Of a stretch of 64,000 nt of DNA, positions 24,075 to 36,164 are shown one piece after another; position 1 is the stretch's first letter; the number at the start of each line of letters is the position of its first letter. The stretch covers positions 1,612,001 to 1,676,000 of the forward strand of contig BCGN01000001.1 of assembly GCA_001599295.1 (NCBI GenBank), given 5' to 3'. This stretch comes from Sporopachydermia quercuum (taxonomy: Eukaryota). The notes beneath the pieces were generated by a model. The model made no database searches. It saw only the letters and a list, made by a program, of their open reading frames with translations, and was not told the DNA's origin. The position numbers and the translations under genes were made by a program.

Positions 24075-25239
24075 GCTGGAATACAGCCTGTAAGATACTG
24101 ATAAAGTTGCAATGCTGCTTCTCGAGATGATGCATATATTATTCGAAAAATTAGTAGTAGTAATCAATCCTGTAGTCAAATTTTTAGGTATAGTGGCAGG
24201 GAACCTATGGAGATGTCTGAGAGATCTAATGTTAGTATAAGATAAAGTTTTTGCTCTATTGGAAATATGAGAAAACCTAGCGATACTAGCGAACTCACTT
24301 GTTCGCCAGATAAAGTCTTTCAAGGCAATCAACTTGGTTAATCGAAAGTATTACTATCGCTGATGATGAAACAGCAGCCAATTGATGAATAGATAGACTA
24401 CCACACAATATCAATCAATAAACATANAATATTTAGTATAGATCTATTGAGTGTTTTAATCAGATGACTCAATGCTATGTTCTGATTCGTCAGTGGAATC
24501 GAACATTAGTATAAAGTAACTACCACATAAAAATCTCATCTATCAACTCAACTTACGGATCTCATTATCATTCATTCGATGCAAGCTCTCACTATTCCTT
24601 TATGTCCACAAAGCTCCAAGTCAATTGCAGAAAACCGTCTCATAACTCACCCTGAAAACAAAAACCCACCTAAAAGTCTCGCGTACTGCTCCCGCAATTA
24701 CCCGGCCTTTTCACATTCTCATCTCCAGTCTGCCCCTCTACAAGCTGTTTGTGTTTGTAGTTTGTTTTGAAAATCGCACAACAGCTGGGCTGAAATATAT
24801 GTGTGTATGAGTATGCGTACTAAGATAGACATCACATTGTAAGCTATTGATACTAACAAATGAATCAAATTAGGTGTAGAACTATTCAATCTTTCCTATA
24901 TAAACATCCTAAAGGCAACTCCATATTTCATCTAGACCATCAACAAAAATTGGTATGAATTGATGATATGTGGAAGTGAGGATTTATAGTTATTCTATTC
25001 CATACGACACTTACTGTGATAGTTACACTCATTACTGAATGTATGGTGTGAGTTTTGCATTTTGTTTAGTTTTTAGGTGGCTCACTGTATGCAAAAAGCA
25101 ATTGAAGCAACAGTTGAAGCATAAATACCTAGGAATAGGGAAATAGCTAGGGAAAAGCTTTTGAAGCTACCAGAAGCTGTTTTATCAGTTGGCAAAGAGC
25201 TCAACGAGAGTAATAATCAAATCAAGACCCGTGAAAGTC

Positions 25240-28200
25240 ATGGAGAAAGACAAACAAGTAGAAAAATCACCGGAGGTTGATGCTTCTGAAACTAGTAAAG
25301 ATGTTCTAGTAGCTTCAGAAGAAGGATCAACAGAGGCAGCAAGATCATCAGGTTCAGTGAATGAAGAAATAAAAGAATCTAATCAGCCTTTCCTTCCACC
25401 TGCATTTGCTCCTAATAGTTCCAGCTCTGGCACTACAAGCGGGACCAACGTGCTTGAAACAGGAAATGCGGATACAACTCAAGAGTCTGATAGTATTGAA
25501 AGAAATGATAAAGCTGCTGGAAGTAAAGATATACAAATGGATAGACCAGAACCTGCTTTAGAGTCCTCTGGCAATTGTTCTAATAATGATAACCCTGTAG
25601 AGGATCAAGCAAAAGAATCCGACAGTGATACTCAACCAAAAGAAACCAGCTACATAGAAGCTGAATCTACATCAACTAAAAACGAACCAGTGGTTACACC
25701 AAAACGTACTGATGCTACAAAGCTATCAGTTCATGTGGATTCTCCTTCTAAGAACACCGAAGTATCTACCCCAACCCCTTTACCTATATCTCAAAAGCTA
25801 CCAGCAGCGATAGAAGGAACGACTGAGGCATCAACACAACTAAAATTACAGCTAGAGCAACAGACATCTTCACCATCCGTAGAAAGTAAATCAACACCAT
25901 TGCAACCAAAGAATGTTTCATCTGGAGTAAAAGTTGAATCACTATTCACCAACAATCAATACCTATCAACATTCTTCAGCGTTCCTATTACTATCATTTC
26001 ATCATTATCGCAAGACGTTATTGCTAAATTTGCTGAAAAGGCAAAAGAGCTTGAGACTTTGAAAAGTGAAAAAGTTTTGCTAGATATCAACTTAGAACAG
26101 ACGATTCATTCTTCTCAATCAAAAGTGAAATTACTGGAGTCAACACTGCAAACCTATAAATCAGAAAACAATGAACTGAAAATCAGAGTTTTCTCATTAG
26201 ATAGAGAAATTATAGACCTAAAAGATCAAATCTCTCAGAACGCAGGGTTAGGTGAAGAGAAGACAACAGCAGTTAATAAAATAAACCAACTAAGTGGGGA
26301 GAAAAGACAAGTGATGATACTATTAGAGAAAAAGAACAACGAAATAGCTGAATTGCAGAAAGAAATTGAAACCTTGAATCAAAGCAACTCTGATAACAGA
26401 AAAAAGATCATTAGTTTAGAAACTGAGATTCAAAAAGGTAAATCCAGTGAATTCTCACTGAAATTATCCAATGAGAAGCTCCAACAAGAGTTAGAAATCG
26501 TTAAGAAGAGCAACGATTGGCTGAATTCTGAACTAACTGAGAAATCAAAAGAATTCAGCTCTTATAGAAAGGAAAAAACGTCCCAGTTATCTATCCTACA
26601 AATATCACTTGACTCTGCTCAGAGCGAACTGTCTGTTCTACAAAGGAATAAGGAATTATCAGCAAAAGAACTTAATGATACCAGCAAACGTTTAGATGAA
26701 GCATTACTGAAGCTCAAGAAGGCTAAAGATGAAAATTCTGTGCTTACTGACGATTTCTCTCGTGAGATGTCTGGCAAGGATAGGTTGATTGAGCTGTATA
26801 AACGATCAGCAGAAGAAAGGAAAGCAAGAATTGGACAATTGGAAGAATCCTTAGAATCTCAACGTGGTTCTGTTATTGCCGAGAATCTGAAGCTGAAGGT
26901 TGAGATAGAAGAGTGGAAATCGAAGTTGGCCGAAGCTGAAACACGGATTTCTCGTTATGAGGAGACGTTAGAGAATTTAAGTGAGGAAAATTCCAGTTTG
27001 ATAAAAAACAATGAAACTACCAACAATAGCAACGATACTAGCCGTAATACCAACAGCATTAGCAATTCACTTACTGCTCCTACAACACCAGCAACACCAA
27101 TTAGAAGTTTAAGTGCTACAACCGACTTATCAACTTTTAATCTATTAACGCCTTCAGCAAAAGCTATTGTTGCAAAGCAAAAAGGCTCGTTGAGTATCAG
27201 CCAATTATATACCGATTTCATGATGATGCAAAAGTCGTTCCAATACGAAAAATCCAAGAAAGAAGCATTAGAACTTCAANTAGAAGAACTGATCAAAGAG
27301 CTGGAAGTAAAAGCTCCTTTATTAGAAGCCACTCAACAGAAGGCTGATATGACAGAACATCAGTTAGTAGAAATGAGCAAAACAGTAGAACAGTTGCTCT
27401 CCGAGAAAGAGACCCTACAACAGAAACTTAATGATCAGGAAGAGTTCACGAAATCTGTGGAAGATGAACGAAACTCTTGTAAACGGCAAATAATTGACCT
27501 TTCAAGACAAATACAAAAACTGCTGATTCAAATCAAAATCAATACTGATTTCGAAAGTCCTTTGACTGCTCAGGAGCACGTGTCTCTACAAAAGCTACTT
27601 AATAGTACTGGCACTGTTACTGATTCAACAGATACCGATAAACTAATAACTGAAAGATTAGTTGTGTTCCAGAACATAATTGAATTACAACAACAAAATC
27701 AAAATCTGTTGAAGGTAGTTAGAGAACTTGGAAAGCAAATGGAAATCAAAGAAAAAGAACAGAAACAGTTTATGAATTCAATGGAAAGCTCGACAGTAGC
27801 AGAAGCAACCAAATTATTAGAATTTGTTGAAAAAGAAAACGAATCGTTGAAACTAAAGCTCGAGTCTATCAAACGAGAAAGGGATATGTTTAGAGATATG
27901 TATGATAGTAAAGAATTAGTTAAAGATAGTGCTAGTGCCAATAACGGTAATGGAGAAAGTAATGGTTTTGGTACTCAAGGTAGAAATGAATCCATGGATA
28001 ATCGTATACAACTACTTGAAGAGGAAAAGCTTCAACTGGAAAGGGAAATCGAAAGTATCAGGACCGATTTAGAAGATTATCAGTCAGAGAGCTCGGATTT
28101 GATTAAAACATTGAATGAAAAACTATCAACAGTGGAAAAAGAAAAATCCCAGATAAGCATTCAACTAGCAAGAGCAAAATCACAAGTGGAATTTTCTGAT

Positions 28201-31200
28201 GAGAGATATAAAAATCTACAATCGACTTTGGAATTCGTAAGAGTTGAAAATGAAGAAATGAGGAAGAGAAGCCAAGTGATGCAAGAAACTATCAGCAAAC
28301 AAGATCATCGTACAGAAAAAGTTGCTGAGGAGCTAGTGGAAGTTAAGAGTGAAGCCGATAAGCTCAAGATTGAAATCAGTAACCTGAGAAAAGAGAAATC
28401 ATTATGGAAATCAGTTGAAAGCCGTTTGGTTGAAGATAAGAATGAACTATTACAAGATAGAAATAAATTGAACTCAATGGTTGCTAATTTCCAAGCAATG
28501 ATTAATGAGAGAGAGACTAATGAAAAGGAACAAAGATCACGTCTCACTGGACAGATTGATTTACTGGAAGAACAATTGAATCAAGCCAAGGAAAAACTGA
28601 ATTACAGAAATGAAGAATTCGAGAAACTAGTTCTTCGTAAAGAGTTTGACTTAAATGAGAACCAAAAGAAATATGAAAAGATATCTACTGATCTTCTCAA
28701 GAGCAAAGAAGAAGTTATGGTCTTGCAAAATCAGCGTAATGATATGTCTATAAAGCTTTCATCTATTGAAAAAGATCTCGTTATAACTAAGCGTGAATTG
28801 ATTGAACTCCAGAAAGAAAAACAAGAAAGACTCAACGATCCTAATTCTGCTGAAACTGGGTTGAACCAAACAGTTGAAAGGTTAACTAAAGAACTGGAAA
28901 CCACAAGAACTGAGTTGTCTGAATCTAAGGGCCATATTGTAAACCTACAATCTATTTCAACCAGTGCTGAGGAAGCCTTGCAATCTTTGACTTCTACTTA
29001 TGATAATTACAAAGCGTCTACGGAGCTGAAGCTTGGTGAAAGTGAAAAGAAGACTAAGGAATTGGAAGATAAAGTGCAGGAATTGCAGCAGGAAGTTTCC
29101 AGACTTCAATCTGCTCTCTCAGAAGCTGAAGAAGAATTCAAGACTGAGAAATCGACTTTGGAGGAAGAACTCAAGAAACTGAGTGCCGAACTGGCTGATT
29201 CCAAAGAAGTAGTGAACAATTCTAATAACACAATTGCAACATTAAAAGCTGACATCCAGCAACATGAGAAAATTACTAAGCAAACCCAAGAGAACTATGA
29301 ACGTGAACTAATGAACCATGCAGAAGCTGCCCGTAATTTACAAGAACTGCGTACCAGTACTAATGAATTGAAAGAATCTAATGTGTCTTTAACAACCGAG
29401 GTAGCCAAATATAAGGAAATCATTTCGATGAACGAAACAAGCTTTGAGGCCCAGAAGGAGTCTTTGAAGGAAGAAATGAGCAATCTATCTAGCAGATGTG
29501 AAAAGCTGCTTGAACAGAATAAATTGTTGCATAGTCAATTGGAACATTCTGTAACTACCAAGAAAGCGATTGGTAGTACAGGTGCCGAAGAAGGTGATGA
29601 CGATTCTTCAAGCGAATTACGGGAAGTCATTTCGTTCTTGCGAAATGAAAAAGAAATGTCTGATGCCCAATTGCAAGCATCTTTACAAGAATGCAGTACC
29701 TTACAACAGAGATTGACTCACACATTGGCAGCATTAGACGAAGCAAGAGCTGAACTGGCAAACTACAATGGTGACAGTTCTGATGCTGCTGTAAGCAACT
29801 CTTCCGTCAAGCAAGCAGAAGAACATAAACAACTCTTGGACAAGATTAATGACCTTAATATATTAAGAGAAAGTAATAACTCTCTGAGATCAGAAAATGA
29901 ATCGCAACTCAGACAGCTCAAAAAATTAGAAGAAGAGGTAAAAGAGTTGGATGCTAAGCAAGAACCACTAGAACAGAAGATTGCCGAACTTTCATCGGTT
30001 ATTGAGGAGAAAGATCAACAGATCAAATTGATTAGTGATGACAATGAAATGTGGAAGAATAAAACACAGCAGATCCTTAAGAAATACAACAGAGTTGATC
30101 CTGAAGAACTAGAGAAGCTTAAGCAAGATAAAACCAACCTTGAAAATGAAAAGAAAGCATTGGAAGAAAAGTATGCGTTAATTGAAACTCAAACAACAGC
30201 TATTGAACAGGAACGTGAAACCTTGAAATGCCGAGTTGCCGATGCTAAACGTGAAGTCGAAGCGAAGGAAACCGATGTCAAGGAATTAGAAGCAAGTAAG
30301 GAGGCTGAAACTAAAGCCTTGAAAGATACTCATGCTAAACTACGACGTGAATTCCAAGAAAAGATTACTAAACGTATTGAACAGTTGAAGGAAACACGAT
30401 CGCAACTTGAGACTGCTCATAAGGAAGTCGAGGAGTTGAAGAAGAAGCTNGAAGATAGTAACAGTAACGCCGCTGTTCCTGGCAGTACTGATGATGCTAA
30501 TAATGAACAACTTAGAAAGAAGATCGAGGAGTTGAACAAAGAAATCGAAACAGTAAGGAAGGAAAACGAAGAACTGATAGGATTGAAGCAAAAACAGTCG
30601 CAGCTTGAAACCGAGATTTCGACTCTGAAGAATGAATTGGCTGCTTCTAAGCTGGCTGGCAATACTGATTCTGGTGAGATTGTTGCGCAGATTGAAGAAT
30701 TGAAGGCAAACCATGAAAAGGAAGTAGCTGAGCTTAAAGCATCTCTTGAAAAAGAACAATTAAAGAACACTGCTGGCAAAAATACTGATAGTAGTGGCAG
30801 TAATAATGACGATGATTCAGAGACCGTTAAACAACTCAAGAAACAAATTGAAGACTTAAATGAAACTCATAAAGAAGAAATTCAAAAGGCTATTAAAGAG
30901 ACACGGACGAAAATCCGCCAACCATCTGAAGCTAAGATTAAGGAACTGGCTAATGTTTTATTCACCAAACGTGCTAACACTTTGGAAGAAGAGATAAAAC
31001 GTAAAGAGACAGCTTTGAACAACGAGCTTCAGAAAAGTAAAGCTTTCTTTGAAGCAAAGAATAAGGAGCTTGAGAAGCAAATAGAAGAGTTGACTAAAGC
31101 AAAGAAGGATCTGGAAAAGCGGATCACAGATCTACAAGCTAAACAAGGGGGAAGTGCTGGTGGTGACAACTCCAGTGGAAACGAAGCAGACTTTGATAAA

Positions 31201-31911
31201 AAGCTCAATGAGTTTAAGTCGGAGATGGAAGTTGAGAAGAAGAAAGTTGCCGATATGACACGAGCTAAATGCACTAAGGAGAATGAGCTGAAGAACCGTT
31301 TGATCAGTATGAAGCTCAAAAAGTTGGAAACTGAGAAGGCGCAGTTGGTAGCGAAGTTGAATCAACTTGAAGGGGGCTTTACTGGAACTATGAATAATGC
31401 AGCAACCAATGCAAATGCAGATTCAAATGCAAATGCGAATGTGAATGCAAATCTAAGTGCAACTGTCAATCCCACAGGAAATGTAGGTAAAACCGTGGGA
31501 TTACCGAATATTCCAATCAAACCAACGCAGAATGCTGGAATCCCAACACCTCAGACTCATCTACCCCGTCCCACTGGTATTCCTCAATTGCCTAGAGTTG
31601 GCCAACCACAACAATCAAGACTACCTACTCTGAAGCCGCGACCAGGACAGGCAGCATCAAGTGGGAACACATCTGGAACAGCTACGAATCATGCTGTACA
31701 AACTGTTCACTATAATAATGTGAGGCTCAGTAATAAGCCACAAGAGGGACCAACAGCAGGTACCGCCGGAGCTACGGGAGCTGCAGGAGCTTCAGCAGAT
31801 AAAACAGGTGAAACAGTGAACCTTGAACTTGGAACAAAACGGCCTCATCCAGAGACAACTGGTGAATCCCAAGAAAAGAAAAGGAAAGAAGAAGAACCGG
31901 GAAAAGAGTGA
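25240..31911 (+). CDS. MLP1: Nuclear basket myosin-like protein Mlp1/Mlp2 (TPR family), about 2223 aa
   Basis: Very long coiled coil with TPR/Mlp signatures ITERLVVFQNIIELQQQNQNLLKVVREL, QENYERELMNHAE and LNILRESN; basic NLS-like C-terminus. First ATG at 25240 (the track starts at TTG 25189). Confidence 0.92.
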   Translation: MEKDKQVEKSPEVDASETSKDVLVASEEGSTEAARSSGSVNEEIKESNQPFLPPAFAPNSSSSGTTSGTNVLETGNADTTQESDSIERNDKAAGSKDIQMDRPEPALESSGNCSNNDNPVEDQAKESDSDTQPKETSYIEAESTSTKNEPVVTPKRTDATKLSVHVDSPSKNTEVSTPTPLPISQKLPAAIEGTTEASTQLKLQLEQQTSSPSVESKSTPLQPKNVSSGVKVESLFTNNQYLSTFFSVPITIISSLSQDVIAKFAEKAKELETLKSEKVLLDINLEQTIHSSQSKVKLLESTLQTYKSENNELKIRVFSLDREIIDLKDQISQNAGLGEEKTTAVNKINQLSGEKRQVMILLEKKNNEIAELQKEIETLNQSNSDNRKKIISLETEIQKGKSSEFSLKLSNEKLQQELEIVKKSNDWLNSELTEKSKEFSSYRKEKTSQLSILQISLDSAQSELSVLQRNKELSAKELNDTSKRLDEALLKLKKAKDENSVLTDDFSREMSGKDRLIELYKRSAEERKARIGQLEESLESQRGSVIAENLKLKVEIEEWKSKLAEAETRISRYEETLENLSEENSSLIKNNETTNNSNDTSRNTNSISNSLTAPTTPATPIRSLSATTDLSTFNLLTPSAKAIVAKQKGSLSISQLYTDFMMMQKSFQYEKSKKEALELQXEELIKELEVKAPLLEATQQKADMTEHQLVEMSKTVEQLLSEKETLQQKLNDQEEFTKSVEDERNSCKRQIIDLSRQIQKLLIQIKINTDFESPLTAQEHVSLQKLLNSTGTVTDSTDTDKLITERLVVFQNIIELQQQNQNLLKVVRELGKQMEIKEKEQKQFMNSMESSTVAEATKLLEFVEKENESLKLKLESIKRERDMFRDMYDSKELVKDSASANNGNGESNGFGTQGRNESMDNRIQLLEEEKLQLEREIESIRTDLEDYQSESSDLIKTLNEKLSTVEKEKSQISIQLARAKSQVEFSDERYKNLQSTLEFVRVENEEMRKRSQVMQETISKQDHRTEKVAEELVEVKSEADKLKIEISNLRKEKSLWKSVESRLVEDKNELLQDRNKLNSMVANFQAMINERETNEKEQRSRLTGQIDLLEEQLNQAKEKLNYRNEEFEKLVLRKEFDLNENQKKYEKISTDLLKSKEEVMVLQNQRNDMSIKLSSIEKDLVITKRELIELQKEKQERLNDPNSAETGLNQTVERLTKELETTRTELSESKGHIVNLQSISTSAEEALQSLTSTYDNYKASTELKLGESEKKTKELEDKVQELQQEVSRLQSALSEAEEEFKTEKSTLEEELKKLSAELADSKEVVNNSNNTIATLKADIQQHEKITKQTQENYERELMNHAEAARNLQELRTSTNELKESNVSLTTEVAKYKEIISMNETSFEAQKESLKEEMSNLSSRCEKLLEQNKLLHSQLEHSVTTKKAIGSTGAEEGDDDSSSELREVISFLRNEKEMSDAQLQASLQECSTLQQRLTHTLAALDEARAELANYNGDSSDAAVSNSSVKQAEEHKQLLDKINDLNILRESNNSLRSENESQLRQLKKLEEEVKELDAKQEPLEQKIAELSSVIEEKDQQIKLISDDNEMWKNKTQQILKKYNRVDPEELEKLKQDKTNLENEKKALEEKYALIETQTTAIEQERETLKCRVADAKREVEAKETDVKELEASKEAETKALKDTHAKLRREFQEKITKRIEQLKETRSQLETAHKEVEELKKKXEDSNSNAAVPGSTDDANNEQLRKKIEELNKEIETVRKENEELIGLKQKQSQLETEISTLKNELAASKLAGNTDSGEIVAQIEELKANHEKEVAELKASLEKEQLKNTAGKNTDSSGSNNDDDSETVKQLKKQIEDLNETHKEEIQKAIKETRTKIRQPSEAKIKELANVLFTKRANTLEEEIKRKETALNNELQKSKAFFEAKNKELEKQIEELTKAKKDLEKRITDLQAKQGGSAGGDNSSGNEADFDKKLNEFKSEMEVEKKKVADMTRAKCTKENELKNRLISMKLKKLETEKAQLVAKLNQLEGGFTGTMNNAATNANADSNANANVNANLSATVNPTGNVGKTVGLPNIPIKPTQNAGIPTPQTHLPRPTGIPQLPRVGQPQQSRLPTLKPRPGQAASSGNTSGTATNHAVQTVHYNNVRLSNKPQEGPTAGTAGATGAAGASADKTGETVNLELGTKRPHPETTGESQEKKRKEEEPGKE

Positions 31912-32693
31912 ATAACGAAGCAAAGGTGACGCTGATGGGGATAATGATGAGAATAGTTGTTATTGTACTTATATTGAACCAGATGTTACGCTTTAGATGA
32001 TCCTAATTGTGTATTGAAACAGAATCAACGATCAACTAATGTCTTAATGCGTTAATGATTATATTTTGTTATTTTATTATATTTACTTGTTATAAATACT
32101 AAATCATGTTATTATAACTCAATTGTTAGTTTTTGATGGGTCATTCTGTGAAATATGAATAAACGAAGTCAAGAGACCGAATCTGATCACGTATTCAATA
32201 ATATTTCACGTGATCACTCCAATCCTGTACTTCTGTGTTTAGCAATCCTTTATCTGTATCAGGAATAATCAAAGAGCTTCAAATTGCCGCAGCTCTTTTA
32301 TTTGATATAACGTGTATTTACGGCTTACTATGTCGTTTCGAAATGCCGGTTTCATCTTACATTTCTCTGAAGAAAATGAGTAGGAAACTTATGTTAGGGA
32401 GCCTTAGCTCAACCAAATGGACTTCACGTCTCATCCCATATAGTTATTTTCTCTCACAAGCTAAAATAATCGAGACGAGGCTGCTTATCATATTACTATA
32501 TCTGGTGAAGTTGTGGTTAGTTATAGTACTTCCTGAAGATATTTATAGTCATTATTAGTGCTGAACGTATTGAATTGATGTACTAATACTTGTAAAGTCT
32601 CATCATTAATTAATAAGTCTAATGAGGTACCATTGATTATTGTCCTGTATGAACGAAAGTTGATGGTGGTGTTTTCAGTTGCTATGCCATAAA

Positions 32694-34749
32694 ATGGGTG
32701 GAATTGAACATAGTATAAGTGGAGAATCTGAGTTAGCAGAGCTTCTGAAACAAAAGCAACTATTAGAGAGGAAGATCTCGTTAGCTCTCTCTAAGAATCA
32801 GCGCCTGAAACCGAAAAATAAAAGAGAACTGCCGTTATCTCCTGAAGCTGATTCTCCTGATGAGACATGTCAAGTGTAAGTAAAATCTCACAAGAATGAA
32901 TATGCACGGTAGTTGAAATACTAAAGGATGCTGAAATCAAATGAAGATTTTACTAAATTCACTTTTTATTATCTTAGATAACCACTAACTTCAATATTTC
33001 AGACAACGGACACCTACAAAGGCTGTAAAATCTAGAATATCTCCTGTTGCAGATTCTCCTGGAGGTGACATTGATGCGTCTCCAACGCGTGAAAGATACG
33101 GGCTGACTAAGTCAAGCAAAAAAGTGATATTAACGCGTAGAAACAATCCGAATAGTAGAATTGGGTCTAAGTTACCGCTTTTACTAGCTGAAGATGAACT
33201 GCGGCTTAAGAGTACTGGGAAAGGACATAGAAATAACCAGTTAGTCGATCGGCCTCCGGAACACGTGACCGTAACCGAACTTATACGACAGACTCGCCTT
33301 GAACTGAAAAAGGAGAAAAACAAGGAACTGGACACCATAAGGAATAGAAAATCATCATTCATATACTCAGTTGATGAAGAGGAAGTCCATTCAATTGATT
33401 GTGTTGACAAGTTCACGGGATTCCACTTGAAGACTCTCTACTTCAGTAATGAAGCTCTTGAAAGTACTTTCAATGGCCTACAACATGTTGGATTAGAAGA
33501 GCTGGTTAGAATAGCGAAACCTCCTAGATATAAACCACCAGAATACACAAACTGGGCTTTCTCAGGCGTTATCACGAAAAGGCTGAACAAAACTCGTGAC
33601 GGATTCAACCGGCCTACAGTTAAGTTCGCCTTAACAGACTTGAATCAATGCATTGATCTGATTATCATAGGCAAATCAGCTAGTAAGTACGAAACCTTGA
33701 AAGTCGGTGATGTCGTTTCGGTGTTAAATCCCGAAATTGTCATTAGGAAAACTGTCCTGGATACAGCACATCTTGGGTTTTGCTTAGAAGTGTACTGTGA
33801 GACACCAGACAGGAATCCTATAATTGCTATTGGTTCATCACAGCATTTAGGATTCTGTCCTGTAGTTGATTCCAGACACAAGTATAATCAAAAATGTGAC
33901 AATATAATCAATTTGGCAAAAGAACGGATTTGCTATTATCATGCCGAGCAAAGAGTTCGTAAAACACAAGGAACAAGAATGGAACTGAATGGTAGCATTA
34001 AAATGTTCTCACCTACTAAGAAAGGTGTGAAACAGCAGGTTTTTATGGGATCATCAAAAAATGTAAGCAGTTCCAAGCTGATTGAAGATGCTCTAATACC
34101 CGAGGAAGAAAGGCAATCAGAGCATGAGAAAGATATTAGAAGAGCATTTAGTAATAAAGATGCCAAACAAGCGTTCTTTGATGACGAATTTGTTGTTGCT
34201 GCTAAAACAAATAAAAAAGAAGACTTGGATAAGCTGAGAGCTAAAAACATATCACTGGTGAAAAAATTAGTATCTTTAAAAGATGCCCAAAGCTTGAAAG
34301 AAACGTTCGCATCCATTGCCGTTGAATCGGATAGTGATAGTGAGAATTCTGGTGATGGTAGTATAAGCAGTAAGCAAAGCAAGAACACAGGAAATAAAGC
34401 AAACGATGTATTTTCATCTTGTGAAGGCTATTCACTGATTAATAAAATTGGATTTGATCCAACAGGAAGAAGTGAAAGCAGAAGGTTAACAAAAGCACCG
34501 TCGAGCCAATTGCTTCAATTGAAAGCTCTTGCTAAAAGAAAAGCAGTCCATTTATCTCCTAGTAAGGAATCCAAAGAGAAAAGGCTGAAAGCCCATTCCT
34601 ATAAACTTCCCGCTGTCTCTACGCAGGAAAAGTTTGTAGAACTGAGTGACGATAGTAATGATAGTGATAGCGATCAATACTATGATAGTGATGATTACGA
34701 TTATGAATTGGATGTGGAAAAACTTGCTGATCAACATGTTGATAAATAG
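32694..34749 (+). CDS. MCM10: Replication initiation factor Mcm10; 2 exons (32694-32875, 33003-34749), 642 aa
   Basis: OB fold (NWAFSGVIT...LTDL...VGDVVSVLNP), CCCH zinc finger (LGFC...C...CYYH) and TRMELNGS. Intron 32876-33002 (GTAAGT/CACTAAC/CAG) restores the frame with the N-terminal coiled coil. Confidence 0.88.
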
Positions 34750-34919
34750 GGCAATGTTTGTTTAAATGACGATATAAAGGGTTATAATGTAAATGAATTT
34801 CTGGCGGTGAAATTAAATGGATAACGCACACTTGATATAATTCAAATATGACAATAATACTAATGATATCTTATTAACTTATTTATAAGTATACAATGTA
34901 TAAACTATCTAGTCTCTTA

Positions 34920-36164
34920 TTATGTAATTAATTCTAATTTCCATTTCCCCACAATTGGCCCAAATTTCCTAACCCTGATACTTCCTTTACTTGATTTAAT
35001 AATCATACCATCAACACAGAATCTCCTCTTATTCTCGTCTTCCTCTTGAATATTTAGCTCCAAATAATCATTGCTTAGCTCTTCAGCTTCTTCAAGTTTG
35101 TCATAAGCAACTAAATCAGAATTTACATGACTGCCATTATTATAAGCTGCCATCATCAAGTTCAATAAATCTTCACTGTTTGTATGATCAATCAGAANCA
35201 AATGTAAATCTCCTGATGCTGGAGTTGTAGAATTGGGTGATATAACAAACGTTGGCTCTAATCGTTCAACAGATGTTATAAGAAAATAAGAAAGGTCCTT
35301 CCGAGACGGTTTGATATCTTTTTCGTTTGCATTTTTATCAATTGCTTTATATTGAAGCTTTCCATGATATGTTATATCTTTTGCTAAATTGTCATGAGCA
35401 GCAATCTTAAACCTTTGAAGACCTAACTTTCTATACTCAGGAGTATCAGAATCAGCAACTACTGCAGAATGAAAAGCCCAGGATACAACAACTATAAATA
35501 AAAGAGGGGAATCGACAGAAGAATCCTTCGGAAACTCTACTTGATTGACATTGAAAGTGTGTATACTACCTGTAAACAGCTTGTTGATAGCAATAAGAGG
35601 ACTGGAAGAGCCGATCGAAGCAGCTAATGCGTTTCCTGTTCCAAATGGTAGTGCAACTATTGACAGATTAGCAATAGGATTTTTTTGCTCATTAGTCTTA
35701 GGAATTGCGTTGATAAATTCAGTAATTGATGTATCGCCAGAGAGAAATATTACCGTAGAGTCCCTAGTGGTATCGTTGTTCTTGTTGCTAATATCCTTAG
35801 CTATATCAGCAATTGAGCTTCCAGAAGTTGTTTCAATATAAGTATATTTGATATCGAGGAGCAGGAACAGTTTTTTGATAACGAGTTTGCAGAAATTTCT
35901 TCCCTTCTTCTGACTGGAGCCTGCAAGAGTTGAATTTATCACTGTAATATCCTGTGATAGTACTTTTGGTAGATCGGACCTGTCTATAACTATATATGAT
36001 TTGTCAGAGATCTCTGATGAAGGGTCTGTGGTTTGAATGCCGTGATCAGTGGAAATACTAGCAATAAAAGTATCATTCGTGGTGTCTTCTTTAATAGTTA
36101 GCCATTGGTTCGAATGCAAAAGAAAATATGTAAAGATAGGTGATGAATCTCCCTTATATCCCAT
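34920..36164 (-). CDS. Diacylglycerol kinase catalytic-domain / sphingoid-base-kinase-like protein, about 414 aa
   Basis: IFLSGDTSITEFIN, LPFGTGNALA and C-terminal CVDG motifs of the DAGKc family; first ATG at 36164. Confidence 0.8.
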   Translation of the reverse strand: MGYKGDSSPIFTYFLLHSNQWLTIKEDTTNDTFIASISTDHGIQTTDPSSEISDKSYIVIDRSDLPKVLSQDITVINSTLAGSSQKKGRNFCKLVIKKLFLLLDIKYTYIETTSGSSIADIAKDISNKNNDTTRDSTVIFLSGDTSITEFINAIPKTNEQKNPIANLSIVALPFGTGNALAASIGSSSPLIAINKLFTGSIHTFNVNQVEFPKDSSVDSPLLFIVVVSWAFHSAVVADSDTPEYRKLGLQRFKIAAHDNLAKDITYHGKLQYKAIDKNANEKDIKPSRKDLSYFLITSVERLEPTFVISPNSTTPASGDLHLXLIDHTNSEDLLNLMMAAYNNGSHVNSDLVAYDKLEEAEELSNDYLELNIQEEDENKRRFCVDGMIIKSSKGSIRVRKFGPIVGKWKLELIT

